From the IMG/VR virus record IMGVR_UViG_3300019850_000189, positions 125,376 to 189,375 of that record: a stretch of DNA of 64,000 bases; one strand, 5' to 3'. This DNA comes from a virus. The notes under the pieces were generated by a model. It ran no database searches, was not told where the DNA came from, and saw nothing but the letters and a program-made list of their open reading frames with translations. A program made the translations under genes and the position numbers. Shown piece after piece: positions 55,503 through 63,933 of this stretch (the first letter of the stretch is position 1; every line of letters starts with the position of its first letter).

Positions 55503-55816
55503 GATTTTGAAGCAAGAGATGCGCCTACGTGCGTAGAATATACACCAAGTAATATTAATATGGCATTTGTAGTTTCATCAATTTTGATATTATTAGCGAT
55601 TAGAGCCTGTTTTAATTTAGCAATGCCATCGGTTATGCCTAGTATATGGCCATGCTCATCTTCAATTCCACGAGGAAGTAATTCAGATAATGCAACTTCA
55701 ATATCATAAACCGTTTTCTTCTCAGCCTTCATTTTTTTATATATATTCTTTATTTTGTTCCAATCTTTTGCTATTTCATGTAAAGACATCTCGGACAATA
55801 CATTCGCAATATTCAT
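55481..55816 (-). CDS. hypothetical protein with MNIANVLSE leader
   Basis: AGGAGG RBS; start reassigned. Confidence 0.6.
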   Translation of the reverse strand: MNIANVLSEMSLHEIAKDWNKIKNIYKKMKAEKKTVYDIEVALSELLPRGIEDEHGHILGITDGIAKLKQALIANNIKIDETTNAILILLGVYSTHVGASLASKSQFFDNK

Positions 55817-55840
55817 ATTTCCTCCTGGTGCATTATTATC

Positions 55841-55869
55841 TTTACAAAATTCCGAAAGTATGATATAAT
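55841..55869 (+). promoter_or_regulatory. sigma70-type early promoter
   Basis: TTTACA-N17-TATAAT with TG. Confidence 0.8.
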
Positions 55870-55902
55870 ATAAACATAAAAAAAAATAGGTAGGATTATC
55901 AA

Positions 55903-56757
55903 ATGAGGAAATATTATCAAGGTTGTGGAGGAATCGCAAATCCCGATAGTCTGGGCTATTTTGAAGATGGAAGCTATTGTGCTGAAAGAAAGCATGATGG
56001 TATCTGGGCGTCATGTATAGTAAAAAACGGCCGTGCTGAATTCTGGTCAAGAAATGACAAGAAAAAAGTTGAGGGAGATATTTTACATCTCGTTCAATTT
56101 GATCTTTCCTCAGTAGATGACAGTATCCTTACTGGGGAATTAATGGCATTCTCCCAAGCTTCAAAAAAACAAAAGCATATAACTTACAACATTTATGATA
56201 TTATAAAATTCAAGGGACAGGATGTCAGTAATCTTAATATGGTAGAAAGAAGGAAAATAATTGAATCATTAAGCATATATAATGGTAAGTATACTCTTAC
56301 TAAGAGGTATTATTCTGGGTTCAAAGAACTCTTTGATAAAATAGTTGCCGAAGGTGGAGAAGGAATTGTTATAAAAAAGATGAAAGGCAAAACTCCATAT
56401 AGAGGTAACACAAGAAATATTAACTGGTATAAAGTCAAGAAGGAAGTCCGAATTAGCTATGTAATAGCAGGGTTCAATGATTCAGATTGTGATTCATGGC
56501 CTGGTGATATAAAATCAATTCAGGGCGCTCTTTATGATGATGAAGGCAATCTAAGAACTGTTTGTAACATAGGTTCAATGACAGGAGCCGAAAGAAGATG
56601 GTTTTCGGATCATAGAGATGAAGCCATTGGCAAAGTTATAGAATGTAAAGGATATGAAATATTTAAGAGTGGGGCCTTAAGACATCCATCTCTTATAGGA
56701 TTCAGAGATGATGTAGACCCTAAGGAATGTACATTTGAACAGATTAACAGAAAATAA
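55903..56757 (+). CDS. minimal ATP-dependent DNA ligase
   Basis: AERKHDG (motif I), LTGEL, YNIYDI, EGIVIK, WYKVK, OB fold GALRHPS..GFRDD. Confidence 0.85.
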   Translation: MRKYYQGCGGIANPDSLGYFEDGSYCAERKHDGIWASCIVKNGRAEFWSRNDKKKVEGDILHLVQFDLSSVDDSILTGELMAFSQASKKQKHITYNIYDIIKFKGQDVSNLNMVERRKIIESLSIYNGKYTLTKRYYSGFKELFDKIVAEGGEGIVIKKMKGKTPYRGNTRNINWYKVKKEVRISYVIAGFNDSDCDSWPGDIKSIQGALYDDEGNLRTVCNIGSMTGAERRWFSDHRDEAIGKVIECKGYEIFKSGALRHPSLIGFRDDVDPKECTFEQINRK

Positions 56758-57040
56758 AAAAAAGTATCCCAAAATGAAAATTGGTGCAAATACAAATATT
56801 GTAAACAAAATTACGCGCGCGAAGTGCCTTCTATTAAATAAAAGCTGTGACAGCTGCGGCTATCGCACTCTGGCTGAATACTTTGTGAATGAATCAGAAA
56901 AGGCGATATTTTGCCGACCTGAAATTGGCTCACGCAAAACACTTACTTACATGCACCGGCCCGAAAGAGATTATTGTAAGCACTATATATATTTTAAAGA
57001 TGTGGTTGATGATATCAGAACATTAGATAAAATGAGGTAA
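56735..57040 (+). CDS. Cys-containing hypothetical protein
   Basis: CDSC...C...C. Confidence 0.5.
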   Translation: MNRLTENKKKYPKMKIGANTNIVNKITRAKCLLLNKSCDSCGYRTLAEYFVNESEKAIFCRPEIGSRKTLTYMHRPERDYCKHYIYFKDVVDDIRTLDKMR

Positions 57041-57110
57041 ATTAATAAAAGAATATTAGTAGTGAAGTTACAGATACGCATAAAGTTGTCCAATGGTATA
57101 AGGAGCTAAA

Positions 57111-57545
57111 GTGAAAAAAAAGGAAAATTTATTTAGAATTTGTTATTCCGCATCATATGTGGTTTCTGCACTTGGTTGGTGCTTCTATTTTGGTATAATA
57201 GATGGTCTACCAGTACAATTAATGCCAATAGTATTAGTTATTTCTATTATATCAAGTTTCATTTTTATGTCCATATCCGCATTCATTCTATATGTATTAA
57301 TTTTAGGTAGTCACCTTTCGAAGAAAGGCCTTAACCGGCGCATGGAGCGAGTAAAAAGAAAGCTTAAGAATGATTTGGAACGAATAAAAAAACACTCAAC
57401 AAAATTATATACACTGAAAGAGCATGACGAGCTATTATATAAAAAGAAACCTGAAAAAAGCTCTCATGATATTGTTTTAGGCGTTGATTTGGCCAAATAT
57501 TTCCATAATAGTACTCGTAAGCCGGGTGATAGATACGAAGAATGA
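57111..57545 (+). CDS. 2-TM membrane protein
   Basis: AAGGAG RBS, GTG start. Confidence 0.55.
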   Translation: MKKKENLFRICYSASYVVSALGWCFYFGIIDGLPVQLMPIVLVISIISSFIFMSISAFILYVLILGSHLSKKGLNRRMERVKRKLKNDLERIKKHSTKLYTLKEHDELLYKKKPEKSSHDIVLGVDLAKYFHNSTRKPGDRYEE

Positions 57546-57548
57546 TAG

Positions 57549-58163
57549 ATGATCGAAAAGGATGAAATAATGGAAACATATGTTAGTTGTGATATAGAAG
57601 CTGATGGACCCATTCCAGGACCGCACAGCATGCTTAGCATTGGTGCGGCGGCTTTCAAGAATGGGGAATTAATAGATACATTTGAGGCCAACCTCGAAGA
57701 ACTCGAGGGAGCCTCCATGAGTACTGAAACAAAGATCTTTTGGGATAAAAATCCTGAAGCCTGGAAGGCCTGTAGAATAGATCAGCAAGATCCAAAAAAT
57801 GCCATGATTGATTTTCATAAATGGGTTACCATAACATCAAAAGGCACCAGTCCCGTTTTTGTAGCCTTTCCGTTGGGATTCGATTTTACATTTGTATATT
57901 GGTATCTGATGAAATTTGTTGAGCATTCTCCATTTTCATTTTCTGGAATAGATATGAAAACATTCGGCATGTTTATGATGAATTGTGAATACAGAAAAGT
58001 AACAAAGAAAAAGATGCCGCAACGATGGATGAGTGCGGACCACAAACATACTCACAAGGCCATAGATGATGCTATCGAACAGGGATATATATTTATCAAT
58101 ATGCTGAAAGAATACCATAAATTTATTGCTTCCTTGCAACATTCCGACGAAATTGTACTTTAA
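57549..58163 (+). CDS. DEDDh 3'-5' exonuclease (Rv2179c-like exoribonuclease)
   Basis: VSCDIEADGP.PG..SMLSIGA, GFDF, SPFS.SG.D.KT, HTHKAIDDA. Confidence 0.85.
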   Translation: MIEKDEIMETYVSCDIEADGPIPGPHSMLSIGAAAFKNGELIDTFEANLEELEGASMSTETKIFWDKNPEAWKACRIDQQDPKNAMIDFHKWVTITSKGTSPVFVAFPLGFDFTFVYWYLMKFVEHSPFSFSGIDMKTFGMFMMNCEYRKVTKKKMPQRWMSADHKHTHKAIDDAIEQGYIFINMLKEYHKFIASLQHSDEIVL

Positions 58164-58233
58164 CGCCGATTGAGCCGCAAAGCAAAAGTTGTGACACTTG
58201 TTTTGGTTTAAATAAAAAAGGGATAAAGAACAT

Positions 58234-58986
58234 ATGAAAAACAAAGCACTATATATAGTCAAAGAACTCAGAAATGCCGGATATGAAAGTGTATTGGCAG
58301 GTGGCAGCGTTCGCGATATGCTTCTTGGCATCGAGCCTCATGACTATGATATAACCACTAATGCTACTCCTGGAGTTGTTGAAGAGCTCTTTCCAAAAAC
58401 TATTTCAATCGGTAAATCATTTGGCGTTATAGTTGTTATGATAGAAAATGAACCATTTGAGGTGGCTACATGGCGTAATGATGGCGAATACCATGATGGT
58501 AGGCATCCGGATACTGTTACATTTACTTCCATGAAAGAGGATGCAAACCGACGTGATTTTACCATCAATGCTTTGTTCTATGACCCGATAGAAGATAAAG
58601 TTATTGATTATGTGAATGGTCAAGAAGATTTAAAAAATAAAGTTCTTAGATTTGTTGGTGATCCAATAAAAAGAATAGATGAAGATCGCCTAAGAATGTT
58701 AAGGGCTGTGCGTTTTGCCGCAAGGTTTGATTTGTCTATAGATTCTGCCTCCAAGATGGCCATAAAAGAGAATGCTGAGAGAATACATGATGTTTCTAAT
58801 GAAAGAATACAAGATGAACTCACCAAGCTACTGCGCATTGGCAAGCCTAGAATAGCCATAGAGCTTCTTGAGGAAACTAATCTACTCAAAGAGGTACTGC
58901 CCGAAGTTGAGGCCATGAGGAATGTTGAACAGAATCCAGAATTTCATCCCGAAGGTGCAACAGTGCAAAAAATAATTTACGATTAG
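58234..58986 (+). CDS. CCA-adding tRNA nucleotidyltransferase, N-terminal (head/neck) half
   Basis: LAGGSVRDMLLG..PHDYDITT, EVATWR, DANRRDFTINAL, EDRLRMLRAVRF, VSNERI..EL, EQNPEFHPEG. Confidence 0.9.
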   Translation: MKNKALYIVKELRNAGYESVLAGGSVRDMLLGIEPHDYDITTNATPGVVEELFPKTISIGKSFGVIVVMIENEPFEVATWRNDGEYHDGRHPDTVTFTSMKEDANRRDFTINALFYDPIEDKVIDYVNGQEDLKNKVLRFVGDPIKRIDEDRLRMLRAVRFAARFDLSIDSASKMAIKENAERIHDVSNERIQDELTKLLRIGKPRIAIELLEETNLLKEVLPEVEAMRNVEQNPEFHPEGATVQKIIYD

Positions 58987-58989
58987 TGT

Positions 58990-59111
58990 GATAAAAAACG
59001 AAATATTTAACAGAGAATGGTTGGCAAGTAAAAATTATTTGGGCAAGCTAATACAAAAAGAACAAAGAGAAAAGTATCGAAGATAGTTTAGAATACTTAT
59101 TGGGAGAATAA
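58990..59111 (+). pseudogene. C-terminal remnant of a Vsr/DUF559-type endonuclease
   Basis: DKKR(frameshift)YLTENGWQVKIIWAS*YKKNKEKSIEDSLEYLLGE*. Confidence 0.6.
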
Positions 59112-59115
59112 ACTA

Positions 59116-59790
59116 ATGAAACTTGGCCCGAAAATAACATATGATCCAAATAATCCAGAACATAAAGATCCTACTAAATATAAGCTTAATCCTGGCGATG
59201 TTCTTAATCATACCATTATAATGATGGAGAAGTTGTTTGAGAATACCGAGAATCCGAGGGATGAACTTATTTGGGCGGCCTTACTGCATGATATCGGTAA
59301 ACCTGCTACCTTTACTATTGAGGATGGTAAGATCAGAAATCATGCACATGAATTTGTTGGTGCTGAGATGGCCAAAGAATTTATGAAAAATCTAAAATTC
59401 TCTAACAAATTCACCGAAGATGTCTACTGGTTAATCCATGATCATATGCGCATTAAAAAAGCCGCAAAGATGCGCAAATCTAAGCTGAAAAAATTATTGG
59501 CTCAGGAAAACTTGGAAGAGCTTATGTCTCTTGCATATGCAGACTCTTTGGCAGCTACCAAAATGACTGAATGGCATGAGTATATTCTAGAAAAAATAAA
59601 TGAGTTTGAGCCAGAGGAAATAAAGCCGAAGCAACTTGTGAATGGCCACGATTTAATTGAACTTGGTTTCAAGCCAGGTCCAATTTTCAAAAAGATATTG
59701 GAAGAGATCGTAGAATTGCAATTGGAAGAAAAAATAAATACTCGTGAGGAAGCGCTTAAATATGCCAGAAGTAAAAAGGTCAATAGCTAA
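59116..59790 (+). CDS. CCA-adding enzyme, C-terminal HD-domain half
   Basis: GGAG RBS; GDVLNHT, AALLHDIGKP, HAHEFVGA, WLIHDHM, LAYAD, LVNGHDLIELGFKPGP. Confidence 0.9.
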   Translation: MKLGPKITYDPNNPEHKDPTKYKLNPGDVLNHTIIMMEKLFENTENPRDELIWAALLHDIGKPATFTIEDGKIRNHAHEFVGAEMAKEFMKNLKFSNKFTEDVYWLIHDHMRIKKAAKMRKSKLKKLLAQENLEELMSLAYADSLAATKMTEWHEYILEKINEFEPEEIKPKQLVNGHDLIELGFKPGPIFKKILEEIVELQLEEKINTREEALKYARSKKVNS

Positions 59791-59959
59791 ATCTTATCTA
59801 AAGGGCTATAGATGCGTTCATTGCCGTCATAATCATGAGCGCGTCCTTACCTCTGCGACATCAGATCACAAATCAATCCATGTGAAGGCGATCTGTGATC
59901 TGACGGGCAGGACGGTTCCACAAAGTCAATTCTGTATGGGTTTTGAGCTAAAGCAGTAG
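59762..59959 (+). CDS. small Cys-containing protein
   Basis: CVHC...C...C. Confidence 0.45.
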   Translation: MPEVKRSIAKSYLKGYRCVHCRHNHERVLTSATSDHKSIHVKAICDLTGRTVPQSQFCMGFELKQ

Positions 59960-59961
59960 AT

Positions 59962-60504
59962 ATGAAAAAAATTATTTATATTGATATGGATGATGTATTG
60001 GCTGAAACACTGCCGGCTATATGCGATGCTTACAATAAGATATACAAAACATCAATCACCCAAGAGGATATTGATAACTGGAAATTTTATAAATCTCTTG
60101 GGCATGATGATGACGATGGGCAAAGAATAATCAATGAAATTTTTTCTACAGAAAACTTCTGGCTCAATATAGAGCCCAAGTATAACGCTTTCCATATCCT
60201 GGCCGATCTTAATAAAACTTATGAGCTATATGTAGCCAGTGCACCCTTTCCAACCAAAAAATGTATTCCAGATAAAATAACCTGGATGAAAAAACACTTT
60301 CCATTTTTATCATATCACCAGATCATTTTTATTTACAATAAGGGCCTGCTCCGCGGAGATATAATGATTGATGATAAACCGGATAACTTAATTGGTTTCG
60401 ATGGTTTAAAAGTTTTATACAGAACTCCCGTAAACAGGCGATACAATGATTTCGATCACATTGTAAATAATTGGCGCGAAATTAAGAACCTATTTCTCAA
60501 ATAA
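59962..60504 (+). CDS. 5'(3')-deoxyribonucleotidase (NT5C, HAD)
   Basis: IYIDMDDVLA, K..WM..HFP, K.LLRGDIMIDDKP.N. Confidence 0.9.
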   Translation: MKKIIYIDMDDVLAETLPAICDAYNKIYKTSITQEDIDNWKFYKSLGHDDDDGQRIINEIFSTENFWLNIEPKYNAFHILADLNKTYELYVASAPFPTKKCIPDKITWMKKHFPFLSYHQIIFIYNKGLLRGDIMIDDKPDNLIGFDGLKVLYRTPVNRRYNDFDHIVNNWREIKNLFLK

Positions 60505-60592
60505 TTAATATCAAGAATCCCGATTTAATCGCAGCGGTATTGACCACTTCATCAAAGATAATTCTAAATCGGTCCCTTTCCAGGAGAATAGA

Positions 60593-61036
60593 ATGAGCGT
60601 AAAAAAAGCGTATATTATGAATTTTGGTGCAAAATTATCAGATGGTATAGTAGATTCTATTATGGCAGATCACGATATCGAGGAAATTAAACAGATCCAC
60701 ATAAGAGCTTCCCTTAATTTAAAAAAGCATAGTAGCTATATTCAGGTACACGACATTGTAAACAAATATAAAGAATACTTTTTATCAGGTATTCCGATTA
60801 TTGTAAATTTGCCTGGTCTTCCAATATATGTTGCTCACTTGATGACCGAAATTAGCGCCCTGACATCTAAATTACCAGTAATATTAGAATGCGTGAAAGA
60901 TTACGATTCAGATGGAATATTTAGTGAATTTAAATATAAGAGATTGTATGAGGAAGATAGAGAGAGATCTTGGAGCCGTGAGAACTACAAAAGAAGTCCA
61001 AATGATAGAAATACAGATAGACCACAGGATGACTAG
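60593..61036 (+). CDS. Csx15-like (CARF-related Rossmann) protein
   Basis: IMNF...L, PIIVNLPGL...A.LM.EI.A.....P.IL resembles Csx15. Confidence 0.45.
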   Translation: MSVKKAYIMNFGAKLSDGIVDSIMADHDIEEIKQIHIRASLNLKKHSSYIQVHDIVNKYKEYFLSGIPIIVNLPGLPIYVAHLMTEISALTSKLPVILECVKDYDSDGIFSEFKYKRLYEEDRERSWSRENYKRSPNDRNTDRPQDD

Positions 61037-61045
61037 AGGTATTAT

Positions 61046-61780
61046 ATGAAGTTATCCAAGATCTTGAAAGCCGCAACCATCGGAATACTTGGAACTCATG
61101 CTATTAATACATTTAGCAAGAAATATACCACTCCTGGTTATCAAATACGAGCTCCAAAAGCCGATTATGCCCCATCCGCACTTAAACCAATCAAAAAAAG
61201 ACCTGGCTCAAATCCATTGAGCGCAATGCATGTTTATTCCGGCGAATATATAGGCAAATTAATATTTACATGGGATTATTCATGGATGCAGCCAAAAGAA
61301 ACATTGATATATAATAAAAGCGACACAATTGGTTGGCTAAAGGATCGTATACTGAGCGATGCCGACCAAAAAAGCAATTATATTTCATTGAAAAAAATAA
61401 CAAATAGCGAAGTTACATTTGCATTTGAGCCTGAGCTATGGATTAAAGATACACTCAAAGGTGCTTCGGCACAAGCTAAATACTTTAAAAATGGATTACG
61501 AGTTAAATGGTCAGTCCCTCTTCCTGATCTCCCACTCACCAAATATCCAAGGCCCTTCTTGGGGACATATCTGGCCAAGCAGTTTCATAATTATTTTAAT
61601 CACCATAGAAGCCAGATGTCATTTGCCAAACATTGGAAATGGTTAAAAACGATTAACCCTGATGTATTTACATATAGTATAGACTGGTTTAGATTAGAAC
61701 TTATTATGACGCTAAAAAACTCGGTCATATTGGGCGCTCTGCTAACTGCTTTAGGAATAAAACGAGTTCTCAAACCATGA
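61046..61780 (+). CDS. hypothetical protein with hydrophobic termini
   Basis: GAGG RBS. Confidence 0.55.
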   Translation: MKLSKILKAATIGILGTHAINTFSKKYTTPGYQIRAPKADYAPSALKPIKKRPGSNPLSAMHVYSGEYIGKLIFTWDYSWMQPKETLIYNKSDTIGWLKDRILSDADQKSNYISLKKITNSEVTFAFEPELWIKDTLKGASAQAKYFKNGLRVKWSVPLPDLPLTKYPRPFLGTYLAKQFHNYFNHHRSQMSFAKHWKWLKTINPDVFTYSIDWFRLELIMTLKNSVILGALLTALGIKRVLKP

Positions 61781-61795
61781 AACATATATAACTAT

Positions 61796-62122
61796 ATGAC
61801 AGAATTGGACCTTGTCAGGGCTCGTGAAATAGCCATTGATACAAATTATATAATCCAAAGGACTTATCGCGATAGACATAACCAGTATGGTATTTTATGG
61901 GAGCAAATAAAGCTTATAAATGATGGGCTAATAAAGCTTCACTTTCGCCTTCCCCTCTATGTCATAGATGATCCAGAAAATTCAGGAAATATGAAGGAAA
62001 TTGACAAAGTCGTGCTAAAATATAATCAGCATAAAGACAATAAAAAAATGGTAGAAGAATTTACTGACCAAGTGACAAAATTGATTGAGAGATATAAGCA
62101 GAAGACAGTCATTAAGGACTAA
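61796..62122 (+). CDS. hypothetical protein
   Basis: CATATATA at 61783. Confidence 0.55.
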   Translation: MTELDLVRAREIAIDTNYIIQRTYRDRHNQYGILWEQIKLINDGLIKLHFRLPLYVIDDPENSGNMKEIDKVVLKYNQHKDNKKMVEEFTDQVTKLIERYKQKTVIKD

Positions 62123-62147
62123 TCAAAATATAATTCGGGAAAACATA

Positions 62148-62630
62148 ATGATACATAGCAAGCGAAAGGGCAACGCTTTTGAACGACAGGTTTGTGATAT
62201 CTTCAGATCAAGGTTCAATGATAAATTTTCGCGCGTGCCATCTAGCGGGGCTATCGCAACTGCTCAGAAAGAAGAACTTTCCTCAGAAGCAAAAGTAATG
62301 TTATCGGGGGATATAATTGTTCCAAAGAATTTCCGCTTCTCAATCGAGTGTAAATCACGCAGGGAATTTAGTTTATGGGAATTAATTGGCGATGCTAAAG
62401 CGATTGAATGGCAAGAGTGGTTTAAACAGGCGGCTCAAGATGCCAGCAGGTCACACAAAGAACCACTCGTAATCGTCAAGTATAATAATAGACAGATTTT
62501 AGCTATAATGAGTGAGCAATTTTTGAGTGAATTTAGGAATAACAAAGTCAAATATATTCAATATGATAAGATGATCGTGTGCTTACTCAGTAAAATGCTT
62601 GAATTTGATAGAAGTTTCTTTTATAAATAA
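62148..62630 (+). CDS. Hjc-like Holliday junction resolvase/PD-(D/E)xK endonuclease
   Basis: SKRKGNAFER, RVPSSGA, GDII, FSIECK, EWFKQA..DA, PLVIVK.N. Confidence 0.75.
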   Translation: MIHSKRKGNAFERQVCDIFRSRFNDKFSRVPSSGAIATAQKEELSSEAKVMLSGDIIVPKNFRFSIECKSRREFSLWELIGDAKAIEWQEWFKQAAQDASRSHKEPLVIVKYNNRQILAIMSEQFLSEFRNNKVKYIQYDKMIVCLLSKMLEFDRSFFYK

Positions 62631-62820
62631 ATAAGATACTGTGGCTCACTTTTGTAGCCGAAAGCCCTAAGATAATTACTGGTGATTGACAGTCGGCGAC
62701 GCCGACGATCATATAAATTCATTTCTCCCGGGGCGCATGTTTTCCAGGTATTGGTTTTCGTGGCGTCTCGGGTATTTTATTGTATTGGTACTAAAACTTT
62801 ATGAAGAATATTCACCAAAA

Positions 62821-62829
62821 CATATATAG
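62821..62829 (+). promoter_or_regulatory. CATATATAG motif
   Basis: intergenic, before AGGAG RBS of 62844. Confidence 0.45.
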
Positions 62830-62843
62830 TTCCAGGAGAAAAT

Positions 62844-63518
62844 ATGTATTTATCACCCTCTTTAATTAAGACTTTTGAAAGTTGTAAACTCCGTTATAAG
62901 TGGCAATATATAGATAAAATATATAAGCCGCAACCGCTCACCGATGACACCTTATTTGGCCGTTATGTACATAGATTTATGGAACTCTATGAACGAAAAA
63001 AAATTGTAGATATCATCAAGCAGCTTAAAGCAGAATTTGAAATTCCAGATAGGATGGAAAATGACTTGATAACTGCTATATCCAACACAGTCAAATTCCT
63101 TAAACAGTACGGAGAATTAAAATTTGAAAATGAGCAAAAAATATCGGCTATGATTGGCAAACTTCGGCTATCTGGAAAAGCCGACAAAATTTACCTAAAG
63201 CCCCATTCTCTAATAGTTATTGATTTCAAAACCTCCAGAAGATTTTGGAAGGGAATGAATGATTTGCAGTTAAAATTCTATTCACTTGTTTTGCACAAAG
63301 AAAGAAAAATTCCGGCCGAAAATATAGAAACTGTGGTTTATTATAGCTATTTAAATGCAACTGATGCTAATGTTTATAATACAGAAGAAATAAATTATTT
63401 TTTAGAATATCTGAAAGAAACAGCCAGCCATATATATAATACACAAAATTGGGCACCTACCAAAAGCAAGTTGTGCAATTATTGCCAATATAAAGAAGAT
63501 TGTCCTGCATGGAAATAA
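62844..63518 (+). CDS. RecB/Cas4-like PD-(D/E)xK exonuclease with Fe-S staple
   Basis: LSPS.I..F..C...Y, G..VH..ME, GKADKI, IDFKTS, QL..Y, CNYC.Y...CP. Confidence 0.85.
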   Translation: MYLSPSLIKTFESCKLRYKWQYIDKIYKPQPLTDDTLFGRYVHRFMELYERKKIVDIIKQLKAEFEIPDRMENDLITAISNTVKFLKQYGELKFENEQKISAMIGKLRLSGKADKIYLKPHSLIVIDFKTSRRFWKGMNDLQLKFYSLVLHKERKIPAENIETVVYYSYLNATDANVYNTEEINYFLEYLKETASHIYNTQNWAPTKSKLCNYCQYKEDCPAWK

Positions 63519-63543
63519 TGAATTAGCATCTGCCAGGATTTAA

Positions 63544-63933
63544 CTATCGATTAACAACTGTTAACTTTAATTTTCCTATACCAAAAATTTTGTTGATCAT
63601 CTTAATTTTGGCTAACCCCATAGGTACTGGAACTTTCCAGCTGCCTTTGAGAAGCTTCAAATATTCACCAGCACTGATATCGGCAGTTATTACCATATCT
63701 TCCGTTGGCGGCCCATAATAAATATCTATCTGTCCTGGAGATTCAGAAAAATCTAATTGCCAACTTATATCCTCCTTGGGCACAATATATTCTGGATCAA
63801 AAATTACATCATTCACAAGTTGATATCCAAATTTATTGTCCGCAGCATAAGTTAAAATTACTCTTGGCAATAGTTTTTTGATTTCTTTTTTAGCTTCTTG
63901 GCTAGTCATGCTCTTAATCTCCGAATGTCTCAA
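63544..63933 (-). CDS. hypothetical protein, possible SCP2-like fold
   Basis: VITADISAGEYLKLLKG....P..MG..KIK weakly resembles SCP2. Confidence 0.4.
   Translation of the reverse strand: MRHSEIKSMTSQEAKKEIKKLLPRVILTYAADNKFGYQLVNDVIFDPEYIVPKEDISWQLDFSESPGQIDIYYGPPTEDMVITADISAGEYLKLLKGSWKVPVPMGLAKIKMINKIFGIGKLKLTVVNR

Noticed and set aside
58950-59200. Intein or group I intron in the CCA gene
   Set aside because: No Cys/Ser...His-Asn-nucleophile junctions; the spacer is only about 130 nt, AT-rich and reads as an endonuclease C-terminus; ORF2 has its own RBS.
60511-60544. Second IS200/IS605-like end (TCAAGAATCCCGATTTAATCG...TTGAC)
   Set aside because: The stem is only 4 bp and too degenerate to support.
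192-63187. Many opposite-strand or alternate-frame ORFs in the track (e.g. 1180-1404, 6785-7330, 17790-18398, 31176-31506)
   Set aside because: Shadows of well-supported genes, with no RBS or motifs.
62844-63518. Cas4 as evidence of a CRISPR-Cas locus
   Set aside because: No cas1/cas2 or array; solo RecB/Cas4-like nucleases are common in phages.
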